Below, one piece after another: positions 1 through 9,254 of a stretch of DNA of 64,000 nucleotides. The stretch is from an uncultured Actinomycetes bacterium (GTDB lineage Bacteria; Actinomycetota; Thermoleophilia; Gaiellales; Gaiellaceae). Position 1 is the first letter of the stretch, and each line of letters begins with the position of its first letter. The notes under the pieces were generated by a model. That model had not been told where the DNA came from. It was given only the letters and a program-made list of their open reading frames with translations, and made no database searches. Where the stretch lies: assembly GCA_963764565.1 (NCBI GenBank), contig CAVXTD010000015.1:2317-66316 (forward strand), given 5' to 3'. Position numbers and translations under genes: made by a program.

Positions 1-557
1 ACGAACGCGATCTCGTGGTGGGCCGCGGCCAGACGATTCCAGCCTCGACCCGTAAGGGGCTCCCGGGTGGGGTCGACGACATGCTCGAGCGCTTCTTCGG
101 CGGCGGCCTCCGCGAGGAGCACGACGTGCTCTCCGCCCTCGTCGCGATCGTCGACCGGCGGCGTCAGGGCGAGGGGCTGAGCGCACTGCTGATCGAGGGC
201 ATGCGTCACATCGCCGCCGAGGCGGGGCTCGGAGGGCTGATCGCGCCGGTCCGCCCGACCCGCAAGCAGGAATATCCGCTGATCCCGATGGAGCGCTACG
301 TACGCTGGACGCGCGAGGACGGTCTGCCGTGGGACCCGTGGATCCGCGTGCACACCCGCCTCGGCGCCGAATTGGTCGAGGTCTGCCCAGAATCGATGCG
401 GGTGACGGGCACGGTTGACGAGTGGGAAGGTTGGACTGGCCTCAGCTTCCCCGACGACGGCGACTACGTCGTGCCGGGCGCGCTCGTTCCAGTGCGGTTC
501 GACGCCGGCACCGGCGTGTACCTCGAGCCGAACGTCTGGGTCCGACACGCGCTGTAG
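1..557 (+). CDS. GNAT-family N-acetyltransferase, C-terminal part (5' end outside window)
   Basis: Frame is open from the window edge (track ORF 15..557). The tail ...APVRPTRKQEYPLIPMERYVRWTREDGLPWDPWIRVH...VVPGALVPV...EPNVWVRH resembles a conserved actinobacterial GNAT family of roughly 280 aa. Confidence 0.65.
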   Translation, partial: ERDLVVGRGQTIPASTRKGLPGGVDDMLERFFGGGLREEHDVLSALVAIVDRRRQGEGLSALLIEGMRHIAAEAGLGGLIAPVRPTRKQEYPLIPMERYVRWTREDGLPWDPWIRVHTRLGAELVEVCPESMRVTGTVDEWEGWTGLSFPDDGDYVVPGALVPVRFDAGTGVYLEPNVWVRHAL

Positions 558-578
558 GCTCGGCTCTTCCTACAGTTT
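552..578 (+). terminator. Weak hairpin over the GNAT stop codon (ctgtagg-N10-cctacag followed by ttt)
   Basis: A 7-bp inverted repeat at 552-558/569-575 read directly from the sequence, followed by a short T run. The stem is short and the loop is 10 nt. Confidence 0.3.
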
Positions 579-593
579 GAAAGGGGCAGGGAC

Positions 594-1040
594 ATGAAAC
601 GACTGGCGTGCGGAGCGCTGCTCGTCTCGCTCGCAGCAGGTCTCACGGCAGGCTGCGGCGGCGGCAGCAAGACCCTGAGCAAGGCGGACTACGGCACGCA
701 GCTCAACCAGATCTGTGTGGATTACAACGCCAAGCAGAAGGAGATCGGTATCCCGACCAGCCTCGAAGAGGTTGGCACCAAGGGTGCAAAGATCCTCGAC
801 GAGTTCGACAAGGCGATCGCGGAAGCCGAGAAGCTGAAGGCGCCGGACGAGATCAAGGCGACCCGTGACGAGTTCTTCTCGAAGTCCAAGGAGCAACGTG
901 ACCTGATCGGCAAGGTGATCGACGCGGCCAAGGCGAACGACGCGGCGAAGGCGAACGAGATCAGCGCACAGGGCAACGCTTTGAACAAGGACATCCAGGC
1001 ACTCGCCAAGGAGCTCGGAGCGCCGGCATGCGGGCAGTGA
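594..1040 (+). CDS. Small secreted lipoprotein, unknown function
   Basis: Signal peptide plus lipobox (LAAGLTAGCGGGS). The protein is helical and rich in Lys/Asp/Ala. GGGG-type RBS upstream. Paralogous to the next ORF. Confidence 0.75.
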   Translation: MKRLACGALLVSLAAGLTAGCGGGSKTLSKADYGTQLNQICVDYNAKQKEIGIPTSLEEVGTKGAKILDEFDKAIAEAEKLKAPDEIKATRDEFFSKSKEQRDLIGKVIDAAKANDAAKANEISAQGNALNKDIQALAKELGAPACGQ

Positions 1041-1477
1041 TGCTCGTTGCTCTTACGTCGCTGGCCCTGCTCGCCGCAGCCTGCGGTGGCGGAGGCAGCG
1101 GCGGCAAGACGCTGACCAAGGCCGAGTACGCGGCGACGCTGAGCCAGGCCTGTAAGGACTCGAACGACAAGTTGAACGCCCTCAGCCTGACCAGCATCAC
1201 CTCGTTCAAAGACAACGGCGACGCGGCGGTGAAGATCGCCGACGACAGCCTCAAGGAGTTCAAGGCACTGAAGGCTCCCGACGCGATCAAGGATGCGGCC
1301 AAGACCTTCATCGACTCCGCCGATCAGATCGTGACCGACCTCAAGAACGCGGTCGAGGCGGCCAAGAAGGACGACGAGACCGCGTTCGCAGCCGCGGTCA
1401 CCGCGGTCCAGACTCACGGCAAGGAGAACGACGGCGCGGCGAGCGAGATCGGCGCGACCGAGTGCGTCAGCGGCTAG
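1028..1477 (+). CDS. Small secreted lipoprotein, paralog of 594..1040
   Basis: Lipobox [12 protein letters not shown]. Shares the KTL(S/T)KA(D/E)Y...LKAPD motif and one internal plus one C-terminal Cys with its neighbour. Overlaps the neighbour by 13 nt. Confidence 0.75.
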   Translation: MRAVMLVALTSLALLAAACGGGGSGGKTLTKAEYAATLSQACKDSNDKLNALSLTSITSFKDNGDAAVKIADDSLKEFKALKAPDAIKDAAKTFIDSADQIVTDLKNAVEAAKKDDETAFAAAVTAVQTHGKENDGAASEIGATECVSG

Positions 1478-3019
1478 AGCAGCTCGTACGCGGGCAGCGT
1501 CAGGAACTCGACGAACTCGTCGGCGAGCGCGACCTGCTCGAAGACCTCTCGCGCCTCGTCGAGCCGCGGCTGAGCGGGAAGCGACGCGACCTCTTCGTCG
1601 GCGATCGTGCGCACGCGATCGCCCTCCACCCGTCCGTGGTGGACCCACTGCCAGAGTTGAGAGCGCGAGATCTCGGCGGTCGCGACGTCCTCCATCAGGT
1701 TGTAGATCGCGGCGGCGCCCGTCCCGTTCAGCCAAGCCGCCAGGTACTGGATCCCGACCGAGACGTTCTGCCTGATGCCGGCCTCGGTGATCTCACCCGG
1801 CGTGTCGGGAACGGCGAGGAGTTGCTCCGCCGAGACGGAAACATCCGCCCGCTGCCGCTCGAGCTGGTTGGGCCGGTCACCGAGAACCTCGTCGAACTCC
1901 TCCTTCGCGATCGGAACGAGGTCGGGATGGGCGACCCAGGTGCCGTCGAACCCGCTCGTTGCCTCGCGCTCCTTGTCCTCGTGCACCTTTGCCAGCGCAT
2001 TCTCGGTCACCTCGGGATCGCGGCGGTTGGGGATGAACGCCGCCATTCCCCCGATCGCGAACGCGCCTCGGGCATGGCAGGTCTTCGCAAGCAGATCCGA
2101 GTACGCGTGCATGAACGGCACGGTCATCGTCACCGCCGAGCGGTCGGGCAGCACGAAATCGTCGCGATGGCGGAACTTCTTGATCACGCTGAAGATGTAG
2201 TCCCAGCGGCCCGCGTTCAGGCCGGCGGAGTGCTCGCGCAGCTCGTACAGGATCTCCTCCATCTCGAACGCGGCGAGGATCGTCTCGATCAGTACGGTCG
2301 CGCGGATCGTCCCCCGCGGGATACCGAGCGCGTCCTGCGCATGCAAGAAGACGTCGTTCCAGAGGCGCGCCTCGAGATGGCCCTCCAGCTTCGGCAAGTA
2401 GAAGTACGGCCCGCTGCCACGGTCGAGTGCGCGCCGGGCGCTGTGGAACATGTACAGGCCGAAGTCGAACAGACTGCCCGAGACCGGCTCTCCGTCGACC
2501 AGGACATGGCTCTCCGGCAGGTGCCAGCCCCGCGGGCGGACGAGCAGCGTCGCGGTCTCGTCCCCGAGGGTGTAGCGCTTCTCCCCGATGTCGAGCGAGA
2601 TCGTCTTCTCGACGGCGTCGATCATGTTCCGCTGCCCTTCGACGACGTTCGACCACGTCGGCGAGTTCGCGTCCTCGAAGTCGGCCATGAAGACGCGCGC
2701 GCCCGAGTTGAGCGCGTTGATCACCATCTTGCGGTCGGTCGGACCGGTGATCTCGACGCGCCGGTCCTGGAGGTCGGGCGGCGCCTCGGCGACCCGCCAG
2801 GCGGCGTCCTCCCTGATCGCGACGCGTCTCCTCGAGGAAGTCCGGCACCTCGCCCGCGAGCAGCCGCTGCTGGCGCTCTGCGCGGCGGGCGAGCAGCTCC
2901 GTTCGGTGCCAGCCGAAGGTGCGCTGGAGCGAGGCGACGAAGTCGAGGGCCTCGGCCGAGAGGATGTCGTCGTCGCGCTCGCCGCGAACCTCGACCCCCG
3001 CTGGGAGTTGCGCCTGCAT
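1474..3019 (-). pseudogene. aceB: Malate synthase A, one frame break near 2821 as assembled
   Basis: The N-terminus [28 protein letters not shown]...PDFLEETR lies in track ORF 1877..3019. The rest ([56 protein letters not shown]...) lies in ORF 1474..2727, a different frame. Confidence 0.9.
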
Positions 3020-3037
3020 CGCGGTAGATTGCCAGCG

Positions 3038-4480
3038 ATGGCGCTCGCACGCGAGCTGAGGCGGCTACTGCCCCCGGACGCCCTGATCGAGGAGCCGGAG
3101 CAGCTGAAGACCTACGAGTGCGACGGGCTCACCGGCCACCGCGTGATTCCGGCGCTCGTTGCGCTGCCGCGGACGACGGAGGAGGTGCAGGCGGTCGTCC
3201 GAGCCTGCCACGCCGCGGGCGTGCCGTTCGTCGCGCGCGGGGCCGGCACGGGGCTCTCCGGCGGCGCGCTTCCCGTCGCCGACGGTGTCGTCATCTCGCT
3301 CGCGCGGATGAACCGGATCCTCGAGATCGACCTCGACAGCGAGCGGATCGTCGTGCAGCCGGGCGTCACGAACCTCCAGGTGACGGAAGCGGTGATCGCC
3401 GACGGCTACTACTACGCGCCCGATCCCTCGAGCCAGCAGGTCTGCACGATCGGGGGGAACGTCGCCGAGAACTCGGGCGGAGCGCACTGCCTGAAGTACG
3501 GCTTCACCGTCAATCACGTCACCGGGCTCGCTGTCGTCCTGCCCGACGGGGAGGTCGTCCGTCTCGGCGGGACGGCATCCGAGTCGCCCGGCCCCGACCT
3601 GCTCGGCGCGTTCGTCGGCTCCGAGGGGACGCTCGGGATCGCGACCGAGATCACGCTCCGGCTGCTGCGCCGGCCGGAGGCGGTGCGGACCGTGCTCGCC
3701 GCGTTCCACTCGATCGACGGTGCCGGCGCGGCGGTCTCGGGCGTCGTCCGCGCCGGGATCCTGGCGTCTGCGATGGAGATCATGGACCGGCTGACGATCG
3801 AGGCCGCCGAGGCCGCCCTCCACCCCGGCTACCCGGACGCGAACGCGCTCCTGCTCGTCGAGCTCGACGGCTCGACGCCGCAGGTCGAGGAGGACCTCGC
3901 CGCGGTCGAGGCGATCTGCACCGAGTGCGGCGCGTGGGAGATCCGCACCGCGGCGGACGACCACGAGCGGGCGCTGCTGTGGAAGGGACGCAAGGCGGCT
4001 TTCGCGGCGATGGGGCGGATCGCCAACGACTACTACGTGCAGGACGGCGTCGTGCCGCGCACCAAGCTCCCGGACGTGCTGCGCCGGATCGGCGAACTCG
4101 AGGTCGAGTACGGGCTGCGGGTCGGGAACGTCTTTCACGCGGGCGACGGCAACCTCCACCCGCTCGTCCTCTACGACGGGCGCGTCGAGGGGCAGGCCGA
4201 GCAGGCGCAGCAGCTCGCCGAGGCGATCCTCGAGGCGTGCATCGACGCGGGCGGCTCGCTCACCGGCGAGCACGGCATCGGCATCGACAAGGTGTGCTCG
4301 ATGCCGCTCCTCTTCGGCTCGGACGACCTGGCGACGATGCTGCGGCTGCGGCAAGCATTCGACCCTGCCGGGCTCTGCAACCCTGGGAAGGTCCTGCCGA
4401 CCCCGCGGCTCTGCGGCGAGGTGCCGGGGCCCTACCGCGCTCACCCGATCGAGCAGGCCGGGCTTGCCGAGCGTTTCTGA
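3038..4480 (+). CDS. glcD: Glycolate oxidase subunit GlcD (FAD-linked oxidase)
   Basis: [31 protein letters not shown]...[10 protein letters not shown]...GEHGIGIDK is typical of GlcD. The ATG at 3038 is in frame in track ORF 2588..4480. Confidence 0.9.
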   Translation: MALARELRRLLPPDALIEEPEQLKTYECDGLTGHRVIPALVALPRTTEEVQAVVRACHAAGVPFVARGAGTGLSGGALPVADGVVISLARMNRILEIDLDSERIVVQPGVTNLQVTEAVIADGYYYAPDPSSQQVCTIGGNVAENSGGAHCLKYGFTVNHVTGLAVVLPDGEVVRLGGTASESPGPDLLGAFVGSEGTLGIATEITLRLLRRPEAVRTVLAAFHSIDGAGAAVSGVVRAGILASAMEIMDRLTIEAAEAALHPGYPDANALLLVELDGSTPQVEEDLAAVEAICTECGAWEIRTAADDHERALLWKGRKAAFAAMGRIANDYYVQDGVVPRTKLPDVLRRIGELEVEYGLRVGNVFHAGDGNLHPLVLYDGRVEGQAEQAQQLAEAILEACIDAGGSLTGEHGIGIDKVCSMPLLFGSDDLATMLRLRQAFDPAGLCNPGKVLPTPRLCGEVPGPYRAHPIEQAGLAERF

Positions 4481-5394
4481 GATCTGGAGCGTGCATGAGG
4501 CCGCCGAGGTGCTGGCGCGGGCGGCGGAGGCGGGGCAGCGGGTCTCGATCGAGCGTGCCGGCGGGGAGGTCGTCATCTCGACGAAGCGGCTCGACCAGGT
4601 GCTCGAGCACGAGGCCGGCGACCTGACCGCGATCGTCGAGGCGGGAGTTCGGGTGCGCGACCTGAATGCACAGCTCGCCGACCACGGTCAGATGTTCGCG
4701 CTCGACCCGCCGGGCAACCCGACGATCGGCGCCTGCATCGCCGCGAATCTGTCCGGCCCGCGACGCCACCGGTACGGAACGGCGCGCGACCTCGTGATCG
4801 GTATCACCGTCGTCCTTGCGGACGGGACGATCGCCAGCTCCGGCGGGAAGGTGGTCAAGAACGTCGCCGGCTACGACCTCGGCAAGGTCTTCTGCGGCTC
4901 CGAGGGACGCTTCGGGCTGATCGCGCGCGCCGCGCTGCGGCTCCACCCGCGGCCGGAGGTTGCGCGAACGCTGGCCGTGCCGGTCGAGTCGCCGGTGGAT
5001 GCAGCGACGCGGGCGCGGGCGATCCTGCGCGGGCCGTTCACCCCGTCGGCGGTCGACGTCGTCTGGCCGGGCTGGCTGGCGGTGCTGTTCGAGGGGTCGC
5101 GGCGCGCGGTCGACGAGCAGCTCGTCGCCGCACAGGGGCTCGTCGGCGGCGCGGAGGATTTCGGCTCGATCTGGGAGGAAGCCGAGGCCCGGCAGGAGTG
5201 GGCGGAGGGGAGGCTGCCTGTTCGCTCCCGGGCGACTGGCCGAGACACTCGACGGGCTCGAGGAGGCGGTCGTCCGGGTCGCCGCCGGCGTCGCCTACGT
5301 GGCGGGGGAGGTCGCCGACCCGCGAGACCCGGCGGAGGTCGCCCTCGCCGAGCGGGTGCGGGCCGAGTTCGATTCAGCGGGGACCTTCCTCTAG
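4464..5394 (+). pseudogene. glcE: Glycolate oxidase subunit GlcE, frame break near 5210
   Basis: The FAD-binding PCMH-type N-terminus is in ORF 4464..6578. The C-terminus (LFAPGRLAETLDGLEEAVVRVAAGVAYVAGE...AGTFL*) is in ORF 4960..5394. The start could instead be GTG 4491. Confidence 0.8.
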
Positions 5395-6578
5395 TGGATC
5401 GCGAGCTGATCTCCGACTGCGTCCACTGCGGCTTCTGCCTGCCGACGTGCCCCACCTACGGGCCGCTGTGGCAGGAGGAGATGGACTCGCCGCGGGGGCG
5501 GATCCTCCTGATGGACTCGCTGCTGAACGGGACGGTCCCGCTCTCGGCGACGACCGTCCAGCATTTCGACCGTTGCCTCGGCTGCATGGCGTGCGTGACC
5601 TCGTGCCCCTCGGGCGTGCAGTACGACCGCCTGATCGAGGGGACTCGGGCGCACATCGAGGAGCACTACCGGCGTCCGTTCGGCGAGCGTGTCCAGCGCG
5701 CGCTCGTCTTCTCGTCGGTGCCGTACCCGCGGCGGCTGCGCATTGCGCTCGCGCTGACCCCGCCGTGGCTGCCCGGCCGGCTGAAGCCGTTCGCGGCTCT
5801 GAAGCCGCCGTGGCGCTCGTCCGAGTGCCCGCCTGAGGTGACGCCTGCCGTCGGGGAACGCCGCGCCCGGGTCGGGCTGCTGCTCGGCTGCGTCCAGCGT
5901 GTCGTCTTCGGCGACGTGAACGCGGCGTCGGCGCGCGTTCTGGCGGCGGAAGGGTGCGAGGTGGTCGCGCCGCGCGACCAGGAGTGCTGCGGGGCACTGC
6001 ACCTGCATGCCGGGCGGGTCGAGGAGGGTGGCCGCCGAGCCCAGCGGATCGCCGAGGCATTCGGCGGCGTCGACGCAGTCGTCGTGAACGCGGCCGGGTG
6101 CGGCTCGCACCTGAAGGATTCGGAGCTCGGGGTCAGGGTGGTGGACATCAGCGAGTTCCTCGCCGAGCTGGGGCCGCGGGCGGAGCGTCGCGAGCTGGCG
6201 ATCACGGTCGCCTACCAGGACGCCTGCCACCTCGGCCACGCGCAGGGGATCCGCGACGCTCCGCGCTCCGTGCTCGGCTCGATTCCCGGGCTCGCGCTTG
6301 CCGAGCCAGCCGAGCAGGCGATCTGCTGCGGCAGCGCCGGGATCTACAACCTCGTCCAGCCGGCTGCGGCGGCGGAGCTCGGCGAACGGAAGGCGGCGAA
6401 CATTCTTGCGACCGGCGCCGATGCATACGCGAGCGCAAACCCGGGTTGCCTCGTCCAGGTCTCGACGTACCTGCGCCGGCTGGGGAAGCGGCTCCCGGCG
6501 CTTCACCCCGTCGAGCTGCTGGACGCGTCGATCAGCGGGATCGGCGCGGAGCAGCTGCTGGCGACGGCGCGGCGGTAG
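5394..6578 (+). CDS. glcF: Glycolate oxidase iron-sulfur subunit GlcF
   Basis: VDRELISDCVHCGFCLPTCPTYGPLW...CLGCMACVTSCPSGV gives two 4Fe-4S motifs, followed by CCG domains. The GTG start overlaps the glcE TAG stop (TAGTG). Confidence 0.85.
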   Translation: MDRELISDCVHCGFCLPTCPTYGPLWQEEMDSPRGRILLMDSLLNGTVPLSATTVQHFDRCLGCMACVTSCPSGVQYDRLIEGTRAHIEEHYRRPFGERVQRALVFSSVPYPRRLRIALALTPPWLPGRLKPFAALKPPWRSSECPPEVTPAVGERRARVGLLLGCVQRVVFGDVNAASARVLAAEGCEVVAPRDQECCGALHLHAGRVEEGGRRAQRIAEAFGGVDAVVVNAAGCGSHLKDSELGVRVVDISEFLAELGPRAERRELAITVAYQDACHLGHAQGIRDAPRSVLGSIPGLALAEPAEQAICCGSAGIYNLVQPAAAAELGERKAANILATGADAYASANPGCLVQVSTYLRRLGKRLPALHPVELLDASISGIGAEQLLATARR

Positions 6579-7639
6579 CGGTGCCGAAGAACCGCCTGCG
6601 CCCAGAGTGCGACGTAGACGAGCCCGACGAGCACGGGCACCTCGATCAGCGGGCCGACCACTCCGGCCAGCGCCTGCCCGGAGGTTGCGCCGAACACGCC
6701 GACCGCTACTGCGATCGCCAGCTCGAAGTCGTTGCTCGCGACCGTGAAGGCCAGCGTCGCGGTCTGCGGATAGGGGAGGCCGATCGCCTTGCCGGCCCCG
6801 AAGCCGAGGAACCACATGATCGCGAAGTAGGCAAGCAGCGGTAGCGCGATGCGCGCGACGTCGAGTGGTTTGCCTGTGATCTCGTCGCCCTGGATCGCGA
6901 ACAGCAGCACGATCGTGAACAGCAGCCCGTAGAGCGTCACCGGGGCGATCCGGGGAATGAAACGCGTCTCGTACCACTCGCGCCCGCGGCGGCGGAGGCC
7001 GATCACGCGGCTGGCGACTCCGGCCGCGAGTGGGATCCCGAGGAAGATCAGGACGGTGCGCGCGACCTCCCAGATCCCGACCTCGAACCCCTGGGTGTCG
7101 AGGCCGAGCCAGCCGGGGAGGAGCGTCAAGTAGAAGTAGCCGAGCAGCGAATACGCGGCAACCTGGAAGACCGCGTTGAAGACGACGAGCACGGCCGCAC
7201 GGTCGTTGTCTCCGCAGGCAAGGTCGTTCCAGATCAGCACCATCGCGATGCAACGGGCGAGGCCGACGATGATCACGCCGGTCCGGTACGCGGGCTGGTC
7301 GGGCAGCAGCAGCCAGGCGAGTGTGAACATCAGCGCCGGGCCGACCACCCACGAGAGGAAGAGCGAGACGGAGAAGAGCCGGCGGTCGCCGCGGAGCCTG
7401 CCGAGCTCCTCGTAGCGCACCTTCGCGAGCACGGGGTACATCATCAGCAGGAGGCCGAGGGCGATCGGGATGCTGACGGTGCCGATGCGCAGCCGGTCGA
7501 GCCCCTCGTTGAGCCTGGGGATGAGCTGGCCGATGCCGAGACCGGCGCCCATCGCGAGGCCGATCCAGAGCGGGAGGAACCGGTCGAGAGTCGACAGCCG
7601 GCGGAGGACGTCGCGCTCGTTCGCGGCGACCGCGGTCAC
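6503..7639 (-). CDS. acr3: ACR3-family arsenite efflux permease
   Basis: LSTLDRFLPLWIGLAMGAGLGIG...MYPVLAKVRYEELG...GLARCIAMVLIWNDLA...VGPLIEVPVLV is typical of ACR3. The GTG start at 7639 overlaps the arsC stop (GTGA). The 3' end overlaps the convergent glcF by about 76 nt. Confidence 0.85.
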   Translation of the reverse strand: MTAVAANERDVLRRLSTLDRFLPLWIGLAMGAGLGIGQLIPRLNEGLDRLRIGTVSIPIALGLLLMMYPVLAKVRYEELGRLRGDRRLFSVSLFLSWVVGPALMFTLAWLLLPDQPAYRTGVIIVGLARCIAMVLIWNDLACGDNDRAAVLVVFNAVFQVAAYSLLGYFYLTLLPGWLGLDTQGFEVGIWEVARTVLIFLGIPLAAGVASRVIGLRRRGREWYETRFIPRIAPVTLYGLLFTIVLLFAIQGDEITGKPLDVARIALPLLAYFAIMWFLGFGAGKAIGLPYPQTATLAFTVASNDFELAIAVAVGVFGATSGQALAGVVGPLIEVPVLVGLVYVALWAQAVLRHRYRRAVASSCSAPIPLIDASSSSTG

Positions 7640-8022
7640 GCGTCGAGCTCGGCTGTCAGGGCGGCGACGCGGCGGCCGATTTCGTTCCGGATCTCGCGCA
7701 CCTCCGGAAGCGGCCTGTCCTTCGGGTCGGGCAACTCCCAGTTCTCGTAGCGCTTGCCGGGAACGACGGGACAGGCGTCGTCGCAGGTGGCGACGACCAC
7801 GTCGGCCCAGGCGACATCCTCGTCGTCGAGTGAGTGCGGAATGTGGTCGGAAGCGTCGATCCCAAGCTCGGCCAGCGCCACGAGCACCTCCGGGTGCGTC
7901 GCCGCTCCGGGTCTCGATCCGGCCGACCGGGTCGCGTGACGGTTCTCCGAGGCCTGGCGGAAGAGCCGCTCGGCCATCACGCTCCTGCCCTGGTTGCCGA
8001 CGCAGACGAACAGGACGTTCAT
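7636..8022 (-). CDS. arsC: Arsenate reductase, low-molecular-weight phosphatase type
   Basis: MNVLFVCVGNQGRSVMAERLF... contains the CX5R(S/T) P-loop of the LMW-PTP ArsC family. 128 aa. Confidence 0.85.
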   Translation of the reverse strand: MNVLFVCVGNQGRSVMAERLFRQASENRHATRSAGSRPGAATHPEVLVALAELGIDASDHIPHSLDDEDVAWADVVVATCDDACPVVPGKRYENWELPDPKDRPLPEVREIRNEIGRRVAALTAELDA

Positions 8023-8826
8023 CAGCAGCAGCCGGTGCGGGCGCCGACGAGCGGCAGGCTCTTCTCTGGGCCGGGGTCGATCCGGGCTTCGTCGCCTTCA
8101 CGATCGCGCCGTGCATGCCCTCGGCGACCTCGTGCGTGAACTCGACCGACACGCCGGTGAAGCCCGCGCCCTCCAGCAGCTGCTCGTACTCGCCCTTCGA
8201 GAGCGCGCCGGCGATGCAGCCGCAGTACGAGCCGCGCTCTGCGCGGTCGGCGGGCGAAAGGCGGTCCTCGGCGACGATGTCGGTGATTCCGAGTCCGGCC
8301 GCCCGGCTCTGAGCACTCGCGCGAGCTCGCCGAAGACGGCCGGCTTGTCGGTGGAGAGGTTGATCACGCAGTTCGAGACCACGACGTCGACGCTGTCCGC
8401 GGGCAGAGGCACCGCTTCGATCTGGCCCTTGAGGAAGTGCGCGTTCGCGACGCCGGCCTCGGCTGCATTTGCGCGTGCGAGCGCGAGCATCTCCTCGGTC
8501 ATGTCCAGGCCCCAGGCGATTCCGGTCGGGCCGACGCGCTTCGCGGAGAGGATCACGTCGATGCCGCCGCCCGAGCCGAGGTCGAGGACGACCTCGCCCT
8601 CGCGCAGGTCGGCGACGGCGGTCGGGTTGCCGCAGCCGAGGCTGGCGAGCGTGGCCGTGTCCGGGAGCGCCTCGCGCTGCTCGGCGTCGTAGAGCGCCTC
8701 GCCGAAGTGGGCCGTCTTCTCGTTTCCGCAACACGAGCTGATCTCGTTGCGGGATCGGTTCTCGGTCACGGCGCGGGCGGCTTCCGCATACCTCGCGCGG
8801 ACTTCCTCGCGCAGATCCGTGTTCAT
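8022..8826 (-). pseudogene. arsM: Arsenite S-adenosylmethionine methyltransferase, about 2 frame breaks (near 8300 and 8085)
   Basis: MNTDLREEVRARYAEAARAV...SSCCG...LASLGCGNPTAVADLREGEVVLDLGSGGGID lies in ORF 8098..9186. The continuation GITDIVAEDRL...CGCIAGAL...AIVKATKP lies in the frame of ORF 6503..8734. A third frame gives a ...GARTGCC* end whose TGA overlaps the arsC ATG. Strong AGGAGG RBS. Confidence 0.8.
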
Positions 8827-9164
8827 GGTCTTCCTCCTTTCGGCTCGATCAGTGCGCCGAGCTTCGCGAGCGCGTCCTCGTCGAGCGAGTAGTAGGCCCA
8901 GACGCCGCGCTGCTCGCGGACGAGCAGGCCGGCGGCGGTGAGCTTCTTCAGGTGGTGACTGACGGTGGGCTGAGTGAGGCCGAGCGGTTCCGTCAGCTCG
9001 CACACGCAGACCGGCTCGTCGCTCGTCGCGAGCAGGTGGACGATGCGCACCCGCGCCGGGTCGCCAAGCGTCTTGAAGAGCTGCGCGGCCGTCTCGATCT
9101 CGTCGTCCGAGAGTGAGGGAGCGGCGAGCGGCCGGCAGCAGGCGATCATCGGCAGAGCAGACAT
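8823..9164 (-). CDS. arsR: ArsR/SmtB-family arsenic-responsive repressor
   Basis: HTH region with the metal site ...DEPVCVCELTEPLGLTQPTVSHHLKKL. ATG at 9164 (the track starts at TTG 9170). The stop overlaps the arsM ATG (ATGA). Confidence 0.85.
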   Translation of the reverse strand: MSALPMIACCRPLAAPSLSDDEIETAAQLFKTLGDPARVRIVHLLATSDEPVCVCELTEPLGLTQPTVSHHLKKLTAAGLLVREQRGVWAYYSLDEDALAKLGALIEPKGGRP

Positions 9165-9175
9165 AGACAACCATC

Positions 9176-9203
9176 AATATAGACAACTGTCGATATCTGT
9201 CAA
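9176..9203 (-). promoter_or_regulatory. Candidate ars promoter: TTGACA-16 nt-TATATT, -10 ends 11 nt before the arsR ATG (leaderless or near-leaderless)
   Basis: Reading the arsR-sense strand gives TTGACAgatatcgacagttgtcTATATTgatggttgtctATG. The direct repeat ATAGACAAC (plus strand 9163-9171 and 9179-9187) overlaps the -10 and the start, and may be the ArsR operator. Confidence 0.45.
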
Positions 9204-9225
9204 GTCGAAACCAGACCTGTTACGG

Positions 9226-9254
9226 CTCTTAACAGTGCCTGGCACTGTTAAGAG
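9226..9254. repeat. Perfect 14-1-14 palindrome CTCTTAACAGTGCC-T-GGCACTGTTAAGAG
   Basis: Read directly from the sequence. It overlaps the capA stop codon (9248-9250) and lies upstream of the ars promoter. It could be a terminator stem or a dimeric regulator site. Confidence 0.9.

Noticed and set aside
722-1735. Long antisense or alternate-frame ORFs throughout the track. Examples are 722..1735(-), 1462..3027(+), 3065..4576(-), 3118..4626(+), 5391..7352(-), 12031..13956(-), 16210..17430(-), 19024..21066(-), 25891..27306(-), 28078..29121(-), 30446..31957(-), 33613..35274(-), 36982..38346(-), 41379..42629(+), 50247..51785(-), 50624..51970(+), 55102..56637(-) and 55299..56435(+).
   Set aside because: They are Arg/Pro/Gly/Ala-rich and low-complexity, with no recognisable domains. 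Each mirrors a strongly supported gene in another frame. This is the usual stop-codon-poor shadow ORF effect in high-GC DNA.
4464-6578. 704-aa ORF that looks like a GlcE-GlcF fusion protein.
   Set aside because: The true GlcE C-terminus, ending in TAG at 5392-5394, is in another frame (ORF 4960..5394). GlcF has its own GTG overlapping that stop. The fusion is created by one frame break near 5210.
6503-8734. 743-aa ORF spanning acr3, arsC antisense frames and part of arsM.
   Set aside because: It is a concatenation of the ACR3 permease (6503..7639), out-of-frame read-through across arsC, and the middle segment of frame-shifted arsM. It is not a single protein.
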